Shown here: piece after piece, positions 29,912-39,052 of the stretch
How positions within the stretch are numbered: the stretch's first letter is position 1
Layout of the letters: each line of letters opens with the position of its first letter
Source: an uncultured Taibaiella sp.
GTDB taxonomy: Bacteria; Bacteroidota; Bacteroidia; Chitinophagales; Chitinophagaceae
DNA: 64,000 bases
Assembly: GCA_964429515.1 (NCBI GenBank)
Contig: CAYSCJ010000007.1
Location: forward strand, 741-64,740
Direction: 5' to 3'
The notes under the pieces: model-generated
Database searches by the model: none
What the model was told of the DNA's origin: nothing
What the model saw: only the letters and a program-made list of their open reading frames with translations
Translations under genes and position numbers: made by a program

Positions 29912-30706
29912 TTACACAACAGCCAAGCTCTTACCCATCATTAACATCGCAATTATGATGGCTCCTATGATAATTCGATACCAACCAAACAATTTAAAAC
30001 CATATTTAGTAAGTATACTTATAAAACTTTTTATTGCAATAATAGCTACTACAAAACCCACTACATTACCCAATATCAATAAATTCAACTCTTCGCCAGA
30101 GATAGTATTACCATTCTTGAAATATTTAATAAGCTTCAATCCAGAGGCACCTGCCATCATGGGTATAGCTAAAAAAAACGAAAACTCAGCGGCTGCCTTT
30201 CGAGTGAGCCTTTGTGCCATCCCCCCAACAATTGTGCTCGCCGAGCGAGATGTACCCGGTATGAGTGCCAAACACTGCACACAACCTATAGTGAACGCCT
30301 GTTTGTAGGATATATTGTCTGAATCATCTACAGTAGCTTTTGAAAACCATTTATCAACAAACAATAATATAACACCGCCTATAACCAAACTGATGGCTAC
30401 CATCAAGGGGCTTTCGAGCCATTTGTCTATATAATCATCTAATAATAAACCTGCTACCACCGCCGGAATGGCTGCTACTGCAAGCTTATAGTAAAATGCC
30501 ATTGACCTAAAAAAGCGCTTCCAGTATAGCACCAACACCGAAAGTATGGTACCTAATTGGATGCATATTAAAAAAAGCTTTACGAAATCACTCGTCTCCA
30601 TCCCCATGAGCGCAGTGCCTAATATCATATGTCCGGTAGAAGATACCGGCAAAAATTCTGTTAGGCCCTCAATGATGGCTAAAATGATCGCTTCTAAATA
30701 TGTCAT
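29912..30706 (-). CDS. uppP: Undecaprenyl-diphosphate phosphatase
   Basis: BacA/UppP motifs EGLTEFLPVSSTGH and PGTSRSASTI in a 264-aa polytopic protein. Confidence 0.9.
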   Translation of the reverse strand: MTYLEAIILAIIEGLTEFLPVSSTGHMILGTALMGMETSDFVKLFLICIQLGTILSVLVLYWKRFFRSMAFYYKLAVAAIPAVVAGLLLDDYIDKWLESPLMVAISLVIGGVILLFVDKWFSKATVDDSDNISYKQAFTIGCVQCLALIPGTSRSASTIVGGMAQRLTRKAAAEFSFFLAIPMMAGASGLKLIKYFKNGNTISGEELNLLILGNVVGFVVAIIAIKSFISILTKYGFKLFGWYRIIIGAIIIAMLMMGKSLAVV

Positions 30707-30734
30707 ATATTAACAATAAAAATTAAAAAAAATA

Positions 30735-31370
30735 TTAAGGAATATTGAGGTATTTATGCGTCTGTATAGATAGTTGCCAATTGGGCTTGGCTTGTATGTA
30801 ACTAATGATGCTAGGTGTAAGCGCTGCGGCTTTGCTCCACTCTACCTGCAAATACTTAAGGCATGTAGATGGCACTTTAGAAGCATAGGTTTCGGCCCAG
30901 TCAAAATCTGATTTATTATACACTACCACCTTGAGCTCATTAGCCAAAGCACAATTGCTCTCTAAAGGCGCTTTAAATTTTTTGGGAGAAAGCGTCACCC
31001 AATCCCACGTTCCTGTAAGTAGGTTTACGCCAGCCGTCTCGATATGTGTTCTAAAACCCGCCTCTTTAAAGGCACTTGTTAAGGGCTCCAAATTGTGCAT
31101 AGTGGGCTCGCCACCTGTTACTACCAGCAGCCTTCCCGGATACGCTTTCGCTGCAGCCATCAGCGCCGCCACCGTCATAGGCGGATGCGCTTCTACAGGC
31201 CAACTCTCTTTTACGTCGCACCATACACAACCCACATCACATCCGCCAAGCCGAATAAAATAAGCCGCTTGGCCCATATATGCACCCTCACCTTGTAAGG
31301 TGTAAAAATGCTCCATAACAGGATATAGGGTATCTAAATTAGATGTAGAAGATTCGACAGACACTATCAT
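30735..31370 (-). CDS. queE: 7-carboxy-7-deazaguanine synthase (radical SAM)
   Basis: YPVMEHFYTLQGEG followed by the radical-SAM cluster CDVGCVWC (Cx3Cx2C). I chose the ATG at 31370 (211 aa). The ORF stays open to an ATG-ATG at 31430, so the start is uncertain. Confidence 0.85.
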   Translation of the reverse strand: MIVSVESSTSNLDTLYPVMEHFYTLQGEGAYMGQAAYFIRLGGCDVGCVWCDVKESWPVEAHPPMTVAALMAAAKAYPGRLLVVTGGEPTMHNLEPLTSAFKEAGFRTHIETAGVNLLTGTWDWVTLSPKKFKAPLESNCALANELKVVVYNKSDFDWAETYASKVPSTCLKYLQVEWSKAAALTPSIISYIQAKPNWQLSIQTHKYLNIP

Positions 31371-31619
31371 ACTTTTAAAAAAGGACACAAAGGTAGTTAT
31401 TTTTATAGCATCTTGCTCCGATATCATCATTGTAATAACACAATCAATAAAATCTATAAAAAAATTAGTTTGTTATTTTTACATTTGTTAAATTTAAGGG
31501 TCTAATTGATTATAGCTTGTTGCCAAGAAACAAGTTGGCGGTTTTATTTATAAAAAACTTTATTAGACAAAAATACAATATTCACAACAATACCCTAGTG
31601 GCGAATTAAGTAAGGAATT

Positions 31620-32912
31620 ATGAAAAATTCTCTAATAAGACTAATATTTGTGCTGTCGTTTTTAGCGGCGGTAGGAATCATTATTAGTCAGATTTACTGG
31701 GTAACAAAGGCATACGAACTTGAAGATAAAGATTTTGACTATAAAGTAAGTAGCAGCCTAAAGAACGTAGCACTCAAAATTTGGGAAATTAAGAAATCGC
31801 AAGCTACCTTATACGATGTGGTAGAACAAGTAAATCCTGGATATTTTCTTGTACAAGTAAACCACCAAATAAGCGACGAACTTTTAGAACACTTTCTGAA
31901 AGAACAATTTGAGCTTCATAATCTAATAACTGATTTTGAATATGGACAGTACGATTGCGCCATGGACAGCATCGTAAGTATGAAGTATGTATCGATGCTT
32001 CACGGAAATGCAGATAGGGACGGGACTTCGGTGAGCTTCCCAATTGAAAAAAGAGAAAACTACTACTTCTCGGTGCACTTCCCAAATAGAAAGCAATACA
32101 TCAGCGAACAATTGCATGTTTGGATATACTCTTCCCTGTTTTTGCTAGCCGTTATCATCATACTTATGCTTACAGTCTATGTAGTAATGAAGCAAAAACG
32201 CCTTAGCGAGGTTCAGAAAGACTTTGTAAACAACATGACGCATGAATTTAAAACACCATTAGCTACCATACAGTTATCTGCTGAAGTACTTAAAAAGCCC
32301 GAAATCGTGCAAAACCCTCAACGTCTGCTCAACTACGCAACGCTCATAGATAAAGAAGCCTCATTATTGGCTTTGCAAATAGAGCGCGTACTGCAAATGG
32401 CACATGCCGAAAAGGGCGAAATCATACTCAAAAAGGAAAAAACATCCATCAACGACTTATTGGCCGAGATACACCATAGCTATAAAGACAAGTTTGAACA
32501 GTTTAGCATAACGGCTCAATTAGAATTGCCCCATAAACAACTAACAGCCGACATAGACAAGCTGCATATAAAAAATGCGATCAACAATTTGATTGAAAAC
32601 GCTATTAAATATGCTGGCGACGGCGCAACGCTGAAAATCAGACTGAATGGCAATGAGAAAAAAGTAAGAATTACCATTGAAGATAATGGCCCCGGCATAC
32701 CACTAGAGTACCAAAAAATGCTGTTTGATAGATTTTTTAGAGTACCTAAAGGCAATAGGCACGACGTAAAAGGATTTGGTATAGGCCTCAATTACGTAAA
32801 AATAATCGCTAATAGCCACGGTGGCGACGTGATATGTAAAAGCTCCGAAGGAATAGGCGCTACCTTCATTATCACGCTACCTGCTGCTAATACCCCAAAA
32901 AATAAAGGATAA
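31620..32912 (+). CDS. Sensor histidine kinase
   Basis: Two TM segments, H-box NNMTHEFKTPLATI, N-box NLIENAIKY, G1 DNGPGI, G2 GFGIGL. Confidence 0.9.
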   Translation: MKNSLIRLIFVLSFLAAVGIIISQIYWVTKAYELEDKDFDYKVSSSLKNVALKIWEIKKSQATLYDVVEQVNPGYFLVQVNHQISDELLEHFLKEQFELHNLITDFEYGQYDCAMDSIVSMKYVSMLHGNADRDGTSVSFPIEKRENYYFSVHFPNRKQYISEQLHVWIYSSLFLLAVIIILMLTVYVVMKQKRLSEVQKDFVNNMTHEFKTPLATIQLSAEVLKKPEIVQNPQRLLNYATLIDKEASLLALQIERVLQMAHAEKGEIILKKEKTSINDLLAEIHHSYKDKFEQFSITAQLELPHKQLTADIDKLHIKNAINNLIENAIKYAGDGATLKIRLNGNEKKVRITIEDNGPGIPLEYQKMLFDRFFRVPKGNRHDVKGFGIGLNYVKIIANSHGGDVICKSSEGIGATFIITLPAANTPKNKG

Positions 32913-32944
32913 CAAATATAGTAAACATAAAAAACACACCTATT

Positions 32945-33649
32945 ATGCAACAACAACCAAAAGCAAAAATCTTACTTGTTGAAGATGACTCTTCATTAGG
33001 ATTTGTAATAAAAGACAATCTAGAAGAAGCTGGCTATGAAGTCGTTTACTGCAACGACGGCAACCAAGGCTTCCAACAGTTTATGCGCCATAACGTAGAC
33101 CTTTGTCTACTAGACGTTATGATGCCCAAAAAAGACGGCCTAACTTTGGCGACACAAATCCGTCAAAAAAATAACAAAATCCCTATTATCTTCATGACCG
33201 CCAAATCGATGGACGAAGATAAAATAGCAGGCTTCAAAGCAGGTGGCGATGACTATATCACCAAACCTTTCAATATGCAGGAACTGCTACTTAGAATTGA
33301 GGTATTCCTAAAACACACCAAAAAGAACGATGAAGAAGAACAAAAAATATTCAACATCGGCAACCTCGTGTACGATTATGCCAACCTCACTTTGATAGAA
33401 GGTGACAAAAAACACCAACTTACGCAAAAAGAAGCCGACCTCCTACACTACCTTTGCATTCACGCTAACTCAATCGTAAAACGCGAAGATATCTTAATGG
33501 ACGTTTGGGGTAAATTTGACGAATTCTTAGGTAGAAGCATGGACGTATTCATGACAAAACTTAGAAAATATTTAAAAGATGTAGAAGGCGTAGAACTGCT
33601 TACTATTCATAGAGTAGGCTTCAAATTAGTGTTGCCAAATGCAGAATAA
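32945..33649 (+). CDS. Response regulator, OmpR/PhoB family
   Basis: Receiver domain (ILLVEDD, LLDVMMPKKDG, TAKS) plus winged-helix C-terminus (LTQKEADLLHYL...HRVGFKL). It lies 33 nt after the kinase. Confidence 0.9.
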   Translation: MQQQPKAKILLVEDDSSLGFVIKDNLEEAGYEVVYCNDGNQGFQQFMRHNVDLCLLDVMMPKKDGLTLATQIRQKNNKIPIIFMTAKSMDEDKIAGFKAGGDDYITKPFNMQELLLRIEVFLKHTKKNDEEEQKIFNIGNLVYDYANLTLIEGDKKHQLTQKEADLLHYLCIHANSIVKREDILMDVWGKFDEFLGRSMDVFMTKLRKYLKDVEGVELLTIHRVGFKLVLPNAE

Positions 33650-33717
33650 AAAAATTTTTTTCGGCAGCAGTAATATTTTTTTTCTATATTTAAATTCTAA
33701 TTTTAAAAACAAAACAA

Positions 33718-34227
33718 ATGAAGATAACCTTTAAATGGCTATTCATTCTTTCCAGCACCCTTTTATTATTCGCTTGCGCAAGTGGTAAGAAGCATAAATC
33801 AAAATACATGCAATCCACTTTTCAAGACCTAAAAGAACAATTGAAAGATGCTGTAATTACCATGCAAAATGATAGTATAAAGGTAACTTTCTCAGAGCAT
33901 CTTATGTTTGCTACCAATTCGGCAGTGATAGAGCCCAATTTTATTCCTCATGTAGTAAATTTTGCAAAAGTGCTCAACAAATACCATAAAACCAGCGTAT
34001 TGGTTAATGGCTATACAGACAATACCGGCACCAGAGATTATAACAATAAGCTATCGACCGATAGGGCTAACAACGCCAGACAAGCGCTTATTAATAATCA
34101 AGTAGACGAAAAAAGAGTGTTCGCGTGGGGTCATGGCCCTAACGACCCTATTGCTTCTAACGACACATCCGAAGGAAGACAAAAAAATAGAAGGGTAGAA
34201 TTTATTATACTTTATGATGTAAAATAG
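33718..34227 (+). CDS. OmpA-family lipoprotein
   Basis: Lipobox LLFAC and an OmpA_C-like domain (NGYTDNTGTRDYNNKLSTDRANNARQAL...NRRVEFI). Confidence 0.85.
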   Translation: MKITFKWLFILSSTLLLFACASGKKHKSKYMQSTFQDLKEQLKDAVITMQNDSIKVTFSEHLMFATNSAVIEPNFIPHVVNFAKVLNKYHKTSVLVNGYTDNTGTRDYNNKLSTDRANNARQALINNQVDEKRVFAWGHGPNDPIASNDTSEGRQKNRRVEFIILYDVK

Positions 34228-34254
34228 TATTTATCCTACTATAAAAATTCTAAT

Positions 34255-34282
34255 TAGGGACGGTGCATACACACTGTCCCTA
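34255..34282. terminator. Bidirectional terminator between the OmpA-family gene and the TIGR02757 gene
   Basis: tagggacggtg-cataca-cactgtcccta (11 bp including one G-U). A T-run follows on the plus strand and an A/T-rich run on the minus strand. Confidence 0.7.
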
Positions 34283-34285
34283 TTT

Positions 34286-35068
34286 TTATATAGATGGCCC
34301 TAGCCTGCCCTCAACGCCCAGACTAAATAAGGCCAAATCATATTTCACAGGGTCGGAAGCATCCAATGCACGCAATCGCTCGGTTAATTGCTGCGCCGCC
34401 TTCCAGTCTGACTGCTTGCGCTCTAGCAAACCCAAACTACTTGCCACCCTATGCACGTGAATATCTAATGGGCATATCAATGCAGACTTAGGTATGCGTT
34501 TCCACAAGCCAAAATCTATAGCGTCGTGCCTTACCATCCACCGCAAATACATATTCAAACGTTTGCAGGCACTTTGCTTCCTAACATTGCCTATATGCTT
34601 TCTGCTGCGCTCCGACACATAAGGCAAACTGAAAAAATAGGTATAAAAAGCCCCCAAACTTTCATACATACTAAAATTTTCGATACTGCTATTTGGATAC
34701 AAAAAGGCATCTTCCAATGAAGTGTATTTGCTATAATGCATCTTTAAAAAGGCAATAAAATACAATAAATCGGTGCTATTAAAGGTACGGTAGTAAAATA
34801 TGGTAAGCGCCTTCAAATCTTGCTCCGAGTGCTGCGTAACAAATTGGAAGGGCGCATGATCCATCAACTGCATCAATCTGTTACTTGCCTTGAGAATCGC
34901 TTTTCTGTTTCCCCACGAAATAGTGGCTGCTAGAAATCCGCTTATTTCTATATCCTGCTTAAGGGTAAACTGCTTGGGAATGGAAATAGGGTCGGACTGA
35001 ACATCAAAGTGCTGCTGAAAATATAAATGTTGCTCCTCTAAATATGCTGATAGGTTAATTGCCTTCAT
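34286..35068 (-). CDS. TIGR02757 (DUF2400) family protein, function unknown
   Basis: 260 aa. The pattern ISWGNRKAILKA...CPLDIHVHRVA...YDLALFSLG matches my memory of this uncharacterised HhH-like family. Not verified by search. Confidence 0.6.
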   Translation of the reverse strand: MKAINLSAYLEEQHLYFQQHFDVQSDPISIPKQFTLKQDIEISGFLAATISWGNRKAILKASNRLMQLMDHAPFQFVTQHSEQDLKALTIFYYRTFNSTDLLYFIAFLKMHYSKYTSLEDAFLYPNSSIENFSMYESLGAFYTYFFSLPYVSERSRKHIGNVRKQSACKRLNMYLRWMVRHDAIDFGLWKRIPKSALICPLDIHVHRVASSLGLLERKQSDWKAAQQLTERLRALDASDPVKYDLALFSLGVEGRLGPSI

Positions 35069-35072
35069 ACTA

Positions 35073-35080
35073 CAAAAATA
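35073..35080 (-). promoter_or_regulatory. Candidate -7 box for the TIGR02757 gene (very short leader)
   Basis: Minus strand reads TATTTTTG, ending 4 nt before ATG 35068. Confidence 0.3.
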
Positions 35081-35237
35081 AGGCTAGCTAGCGTATCAAG
35101 GTTATTTAAAATAGGGCTTTATAGAAATTTAAACGAGCAAAAACAACCCTAGAAGAGAAAGGGAGGTGAAAAGCAGCATGCCATCGCCATACAGATGCTT
35201 ATAAAATTAGGGAATGTTTAGTGCCAGTTTTTTTAAT

Positions 35238-35271
35238 TAAAAAACACCCCGACAATTAAATGCCGGGGTGT
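35238..35271 (-). terminator. Rho-independent terminator of the exbB-exbD-exbD-tonB operon
   Basis: Stem acaccccg/cggggtgt (35244-35251, 35264-35271). On the minus strand the hairpin is followed by tttttt. Confidence 0.7.
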
Positions 35272-35351
35272 ACTATATGCTTTACAATTTGCTATGCTAG
35301 CTAATTTTGCAGCACTATGTTACATGCTTGTGTTTTTGTATTGGGCACTGT

Positions 35352-36185
35352 TTATCTTGAAAGCGAAAATGAAATAGGGAGCGAAAAGTTTGCTCTTACG
35401 GGCTTACCACTCTTCATGGCAGGCGTAAATTTAGGTAGCGTACCTGCCACACGTTTCGCCTCAGCTCCCAATCCACCACCAGGGTCTTTACCTTGTATTT
35501 TGATATTTGTAACAGAGCCGTCTTTTTCAACCACAAACGTTACAATAACCCTACCCTCTATTTCCTCTGCTTTAGCCATTTCTGGGTAACGCAAGTTTTT
35601 CTGAATAATGCCTTGCCATCCTGCAGGTGGTTTAGCTTTTACGTCAACAACGGTTTGTATTTCGTTGCCAAAGTCGTCACCATCACCGGCCACTGCTGTA
35701 CCCTTTCCGCCTGGCTGTCCATCAAATGGATTGCTAAAGTCTTTCGCGCTATTATCGCCTTCTTTATTCTCAAATCCAACGTCTTTATCTTTGTTTTCTT
35801 CTTTGTTCGGGTCTTCAATACGCTCTGTTTCTTTCACTTCTTCATTCTTTACAATTTTCGGAACGTCAAAGATAATAGTAGCTCTAGCTGGAGGTGCGGG
35901 AGCTTGAGGTATTTCGGGCGGAGGAGGCGCATCCTTTTCTATAGGCGGTGGCTCTGTAAGCACCACGTCTTCTATATCTGGCGGTGGTGGTGGTGCTACA
36001 TATTCTTCTTTTGGTTTGATAAATGTAGCTGCCAATCCTAAGCCAAGTGCACCAAATACTATCAGTGCAGCCAAGCTAGCACGTTTTTGGTACTTTTTTC
36101 TCAACTCATACCCACCATAAGCCTTGTTTTTGCCTTCAAAAACAATGTCTAAATAGTCTGAGTTTAATATTTTTTTAAGATCCAT
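35352..36185 (-). CDS. tonB: Energy transducer TonB
   Basis: N-terminal TM anchor, Pro-rich spacer (PPPPDIEDVVLTEPPPIEKDAPPPPEIPQAPAPP) and a C-terminal TonB_C-like domain (YPEMAKAEEIEGRVIVTFVVEKDGSV). Confidence 0.85.
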   Translation of the reverse strand: MDLKKILNSDYLDIVFEGKNKAYGGYELRKKYQKRASLAALIVFGALGLGLAATFIKPKEEYVAPPPPPDIEDVVLTEPPPIEKDAPPPPEIPQAPAPPARATIIFDVPKIVKNEEVKETERIEDPNKEENKDKDVGFENKEGDNSAKDFSNPFDGQPGGKGTAVAGDGDDFGNEIQTVVDVKAKPPAGWQGIIQKNLRYPEMAKAEEIEGRVIVTFVVEKDGSVTNIKIQGKDPGGGLGAEAKRVAGTLPKFTPAMKSGKPVRANFSLPISFSLSR

Positions 36186-36227
36186 TGGAGTATCTTTTTA
36201 TTTTCTAAAGTAAAAATTTACTGGAAA

Positions 36228-36773
36228 CTACTTTGCGGTTGCACCTGCAGGACTTCCTTTATGATAATCTTCTATGTAGCCCAATTCTTGTGGAGTAATA
36301 TCCGTGATGGTATAGATTTTGATGTCGTTGATGGTCATTTCGTCTATCAAGTCAATAACATCATTCGTTAGGCTTTTGTTATCTGGTTTTATCAAAACAG
36401 TCAGCTCATCTTTAGCATCCAGTGTTCCGTTAGCTTGTAGTGCTTTTACTTTCTTTTTCTTAGCTATTAATACATCTCTAATACCGCCATCTGCCTGAAA
36501 TGTAGTTTCTGAAAGTTGAGGGTTTTCTATTCCCTCATAATAATACAATTTATGGTCTGCACTTAAGAGTACTGTAAAAGCTGCGTCTTCTTTAAGTTTC
36601 GATTGAGATTCGATATTTTCTTTTTTGAAAGGCATATTTATCTCCATCGCATTAGGCTTATTCAAAGTTGTTGTAAACATAAAGAAGGTTATCAACAACA
36701 AGTTCAGATCCACCATTGGTGTAAGGTCTACCCGCGGGGTACCTTTCCCACCTTTACTTTCTATTTCTGCCAT
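36228..36773 (-). CDS. exbD: Biopolymer transport protein ExbD/TolR
   Basis: N-terminus VDLTPMVDLNLLLITFFM is the ExbD signature. 181 aa. Confidence 0.85.
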   Translation of the reverse strand: MAEIESKGGKGTPRVDLTPMVDLNLLLITFFMFTTTLNKPNAMEINMPFKKENIESQSKLKEDAAFTVLLSADHKLYYYEGIENPQLSETTFQADGGIRDVLIAKKKKVKALQANGTLDAKDELTVLIKPDNKSLTNDVIDLIDEMTINDIKIYTITDITPQELGYIEDYHKGSPAGATAK

Positions 36774-36828
36774 AGTAAAGTTGTATTTTAAATTGTCGTA
36801 AAAGACAATGCATCATTTGAGTTAAAAA

Positions 36829-37503
36829 TTATTTCTTGGTAGTAGCAGCTTGTTTTTCTGCTAAGGCCGTACCTGGAGGTATTGCCTTCTGATTGGTGAT
36901 ATAGCTAAACCTAAAGATATTCAAATGCCCTAGAGATGCTATTACCCTGTTGGTTTTATCTACATAAGGTGTTTCTCCATCTACTTTGATTACAAATCTT
37001 GGCTGATCCATATCGAGTATTTGAGCTTGGTATCGTGTTGTATTTATCCAATACATGAGCTCGTTGGTAGTGAAGCTACTAGTCGTATCTGTAGGTATTC
37101 CCGGCGCTTGCTTATCGTAGTTAGTCTGCTCGGCAGGAGACAAGGCTAAATAAGATTTCAATCTAGAAAAGGGTACCCCTACCGAAGGACCATTTACAAA
37201 GTTGTTCATTTCTGTTTCTGTCAGATTCAAACCCTTCGTATTGTTTACTTCTCTTATCAGGTTTCTTTTTAGTTTTAGGTTATCTACCGTATAAAACACA
37301 CGTCCTTCTTTATCTACTGTAATTTGTATGAAACCCATAGGTATCTCTTTAGTAGATGTAGATGACGGCACACTTACCTCTACTGCCTCTTGAGGCTTAA
37401 AGTTACTAGACATGATAAAAAATGTCAATAGCAACAAGGTAAAGTCACAAAGAGCCGTCATATCGATGGTCGTGCTCTTTTTCGGCATCTTTAATTTTGG
37501 CAT
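36829..37503 (-). CDS. exbD: Biopolymer transport protein ExbD/TolR (long paralog)
   Basis: N-terminus IDMTALCDFTLLLLTFFIM is ExbD-like. 224 aa with an extended periplasmic part. Confidence 0.8.
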   Translation of the reverse strand: MPKLKMPKKSTTIDMTALCDFTLLLLTFFIMSSNFKPQEAVEVSVPSSTSTKEIPMGFIQITVDKEGRVFYTVDNLKLKRNLIREVNNTKGLNLTETEMNNFVNGPSVGVPFSRLKSYLALSPAEQTNYDKQAPGIPTDTTSSFTTNELMYWINTTRYQAQILDMDQPRFVIKVDGETPYVDKTNRVIASLGHLNIFRFSYITNQKAIPPGTALAEKQAATTKK

Positions 37504-37620
37504 TTTCTACAATTCTTTTAGTTATAGACGAGGAATCGTAAAGATTCCATAATTTTTCTTAATTTTTTTTCTGGAGTTACCCAAAATGAATATTTAAGGC
37601 AACTCCAGAAAAAGAAAAGC

Positions 37621-38454
37621 TTATTTGTAGTTAGCAGCAAAACTTTGAGTCAAAGTGAAGCCACCTTCGTCTATAGCAAATGCAATACCATCGTTCAAAG
37701 TAGTATAGAAGTTATACATAATCATCGCTACGAATGAGGTAGTGATACCAGTAGCTGTATTCCAAAGTGCCTCAGAGATACCTATCGCAAGTGCAGATGC
37801 ATCGGGAGCACCAGCGGTACCCATAGCGGCAAACGCTCTAATCATACCAAATACAGTACCTATCAATCCTAATAAGGTAGCAGCAGAGGTAATTGTAGAT
37901 AAGAATACTAAGTTTTTGTCGAGCATTGGCAATTCTAATGCTGTTGCTTCTTCTAATTCTTTTTTAATGCTGATCACTTTTTGCTCTGTACTCAATTCTG
38001 TATTTAAAGTCATCTCTTTGTATTTTGTAAGACCCGCTTTCATTACATTACCTACAGAACCTGCTTGTTTATCGCACTCAGCAATAGCAGCATCAATGTT
38101 TTTATTAGCTAATTGGTATTGTACTTTTCTAACCAATTCAGCGCCGTTAAATTTACCTTTCGCTTTTACTAAAGTAATACCTCTTTCAATTACAAACACT
38201 ATTGTAATAAACAACATTGCAAGTAACAAGGCTATCACGAAACCAGCGTGGTACATGTTACCGAGGAAGTTTAATGGAGTCTTTTTGTCTGCATCAGCAA
38301 AGTTGGTGGGTGAACCCAACACAAAATTGAACACTATAAAACCGGCTGCTAAGCATACTAATACTATTACCAAATTGATTAGAAAACCGTTAGAATTTTT
38401 AGCTTTTGTTGTGGAAGCTGTTGCTTTTGGTGCGGCTGTTTTTACGTCTGCCAT
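37621..38454 (-). CDS. exbB: MotA/TolQ/ExbB proton-channel protein
   Basis: C-terminal TM pair with LGLIGTVFGMIRAF...AIGISEALWNTATGI, typical of ExbB. It is the first gene of the exbB-exbD-exbD-tonB string. Confidence 0.9.
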   Translation of the reverse strand: MADVKTAAPKATASTTKAKNSNGFLINLVIVLVCLAAGFIVFNFVLGSPTNFADADKKTPLNFLGNMYHAGFVIALLLAMLFITIVFVIERGITLVKAKGKFNGAELVRKVQYQLANKNIDAAIAECDKQAGSVGNVMKAGLTKYKEMTLNTELSTEQKVISIKKELEEATALELPMLDKNLVFLSTITSAATLLGLIGTVFGMIRAFAAMGTAGAPDASALAIGISEALWNTATGITTSFVAMIMYNFYTTLNDGIAFAIDEGGFTLTQSFAANYK

Positions 38455-38514
38455 AGTTTTTAATTTTTGTTTAAAGTTAATTTTAATTTTTTTTACTTAA
38501 TTCAAAACATCTAA

Positions 38515-38522
38515 CAAAGATA
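38515..38522 (-). promoter_or_regulatory. Candidate -7 box for the exbB operon
   Basis: Minus strand reads TATCTTTG, about 60 nt upstream of ATG 38454. Confidence 0.4.
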
Positions 38523-39052
38523 GAATCTTGCAACAAACTACCAAATCATTTTTTTATTAGAATTTATTATCGTACCTTATCACCATCCTCGCCATCGCGC
38601 CTTTAACTTTATTGCGCTTTCTTTCGTTTCTCTTTAAAAAGGAATCATAATACATTATATACTATAAATGAATATTGTATAAAATAATTGTCATTATATG
38701 CATTGTTATTTTTTTAAAAACCAAACCTTGTTTTCGAGTTATAAACCTTAAAAGTTTCGGGCTTTTTTTGAAAAATTTAATAATTCCTTAATTCTAAGTT
38801 CACGTGTTTTCTTACCAATTCGTCGGCTAAAGGGTGCTTGTGCTATTGCAATTTTGCATATTTATGAAAAAACACAGTTAAATAGGTATCGAGTAAAAGC
38901 ACATTCTAAAGCGCCTAATGCCTGCACAACATCTTACTACTATACCATTTTCCAATAAATCCACAAAACATATGCCAATGTATTGTACCAAAATCAATCA
39001 CTAAACTGTAATTTTATTTTCTGAAAAAACTTTAACAGCCCAAATTACATCA

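Noticed and set aside
31431-31619. Possible preQ1 riboswitch or attenuator upstream of queE; overlapping alternative hairpins cttgtt...aacaag and gccaa...ttggc at about 31516-31545
   Set aside because: The minus-strand sequence does not match the preQ1-I consensus as I remember it (P1 stem plus an A-rich tail ending CUA). The hairpins are on the plus strand relative to the kinase gene. This needs an Infernal scan to settle.
35161-35204. Strong Shine-Dalgarno-like gggaggtga followed 9 nt later by an 8-codon ORF (MPSPYRCL)
   Set aside because: It caught my eye because Bacteroidota generally lack SD sequences. However, an 8-codon ORF with no other support cannot be called, and a chance purine run is the likelier explanation.
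35975-36000. Run of ggt/ggc repeats (ggcggtggtggtggtgct)
   Set aside because: It is simply the antisense of the Pro codons of the TonB proline-rich linker, not a tandem repeat element.
35493-36041. 182-aa and 99-aa plus-strand ORFs (35493-36041 and 35608-35907)
   Set aside because: Both lie antisense to tonB. Their long open frames are explained by the Pro/Glu/Lys-rich codon repeats of tonB.
37742-38500. 252-aa ORF on the plus strand
   Set aside because: It lies entirely antisense to exbB, whose identity is strong. Its composition (A/V/I/N/S-rich, no motifs) is typical of the shadow frame of a membrane-protein gene.
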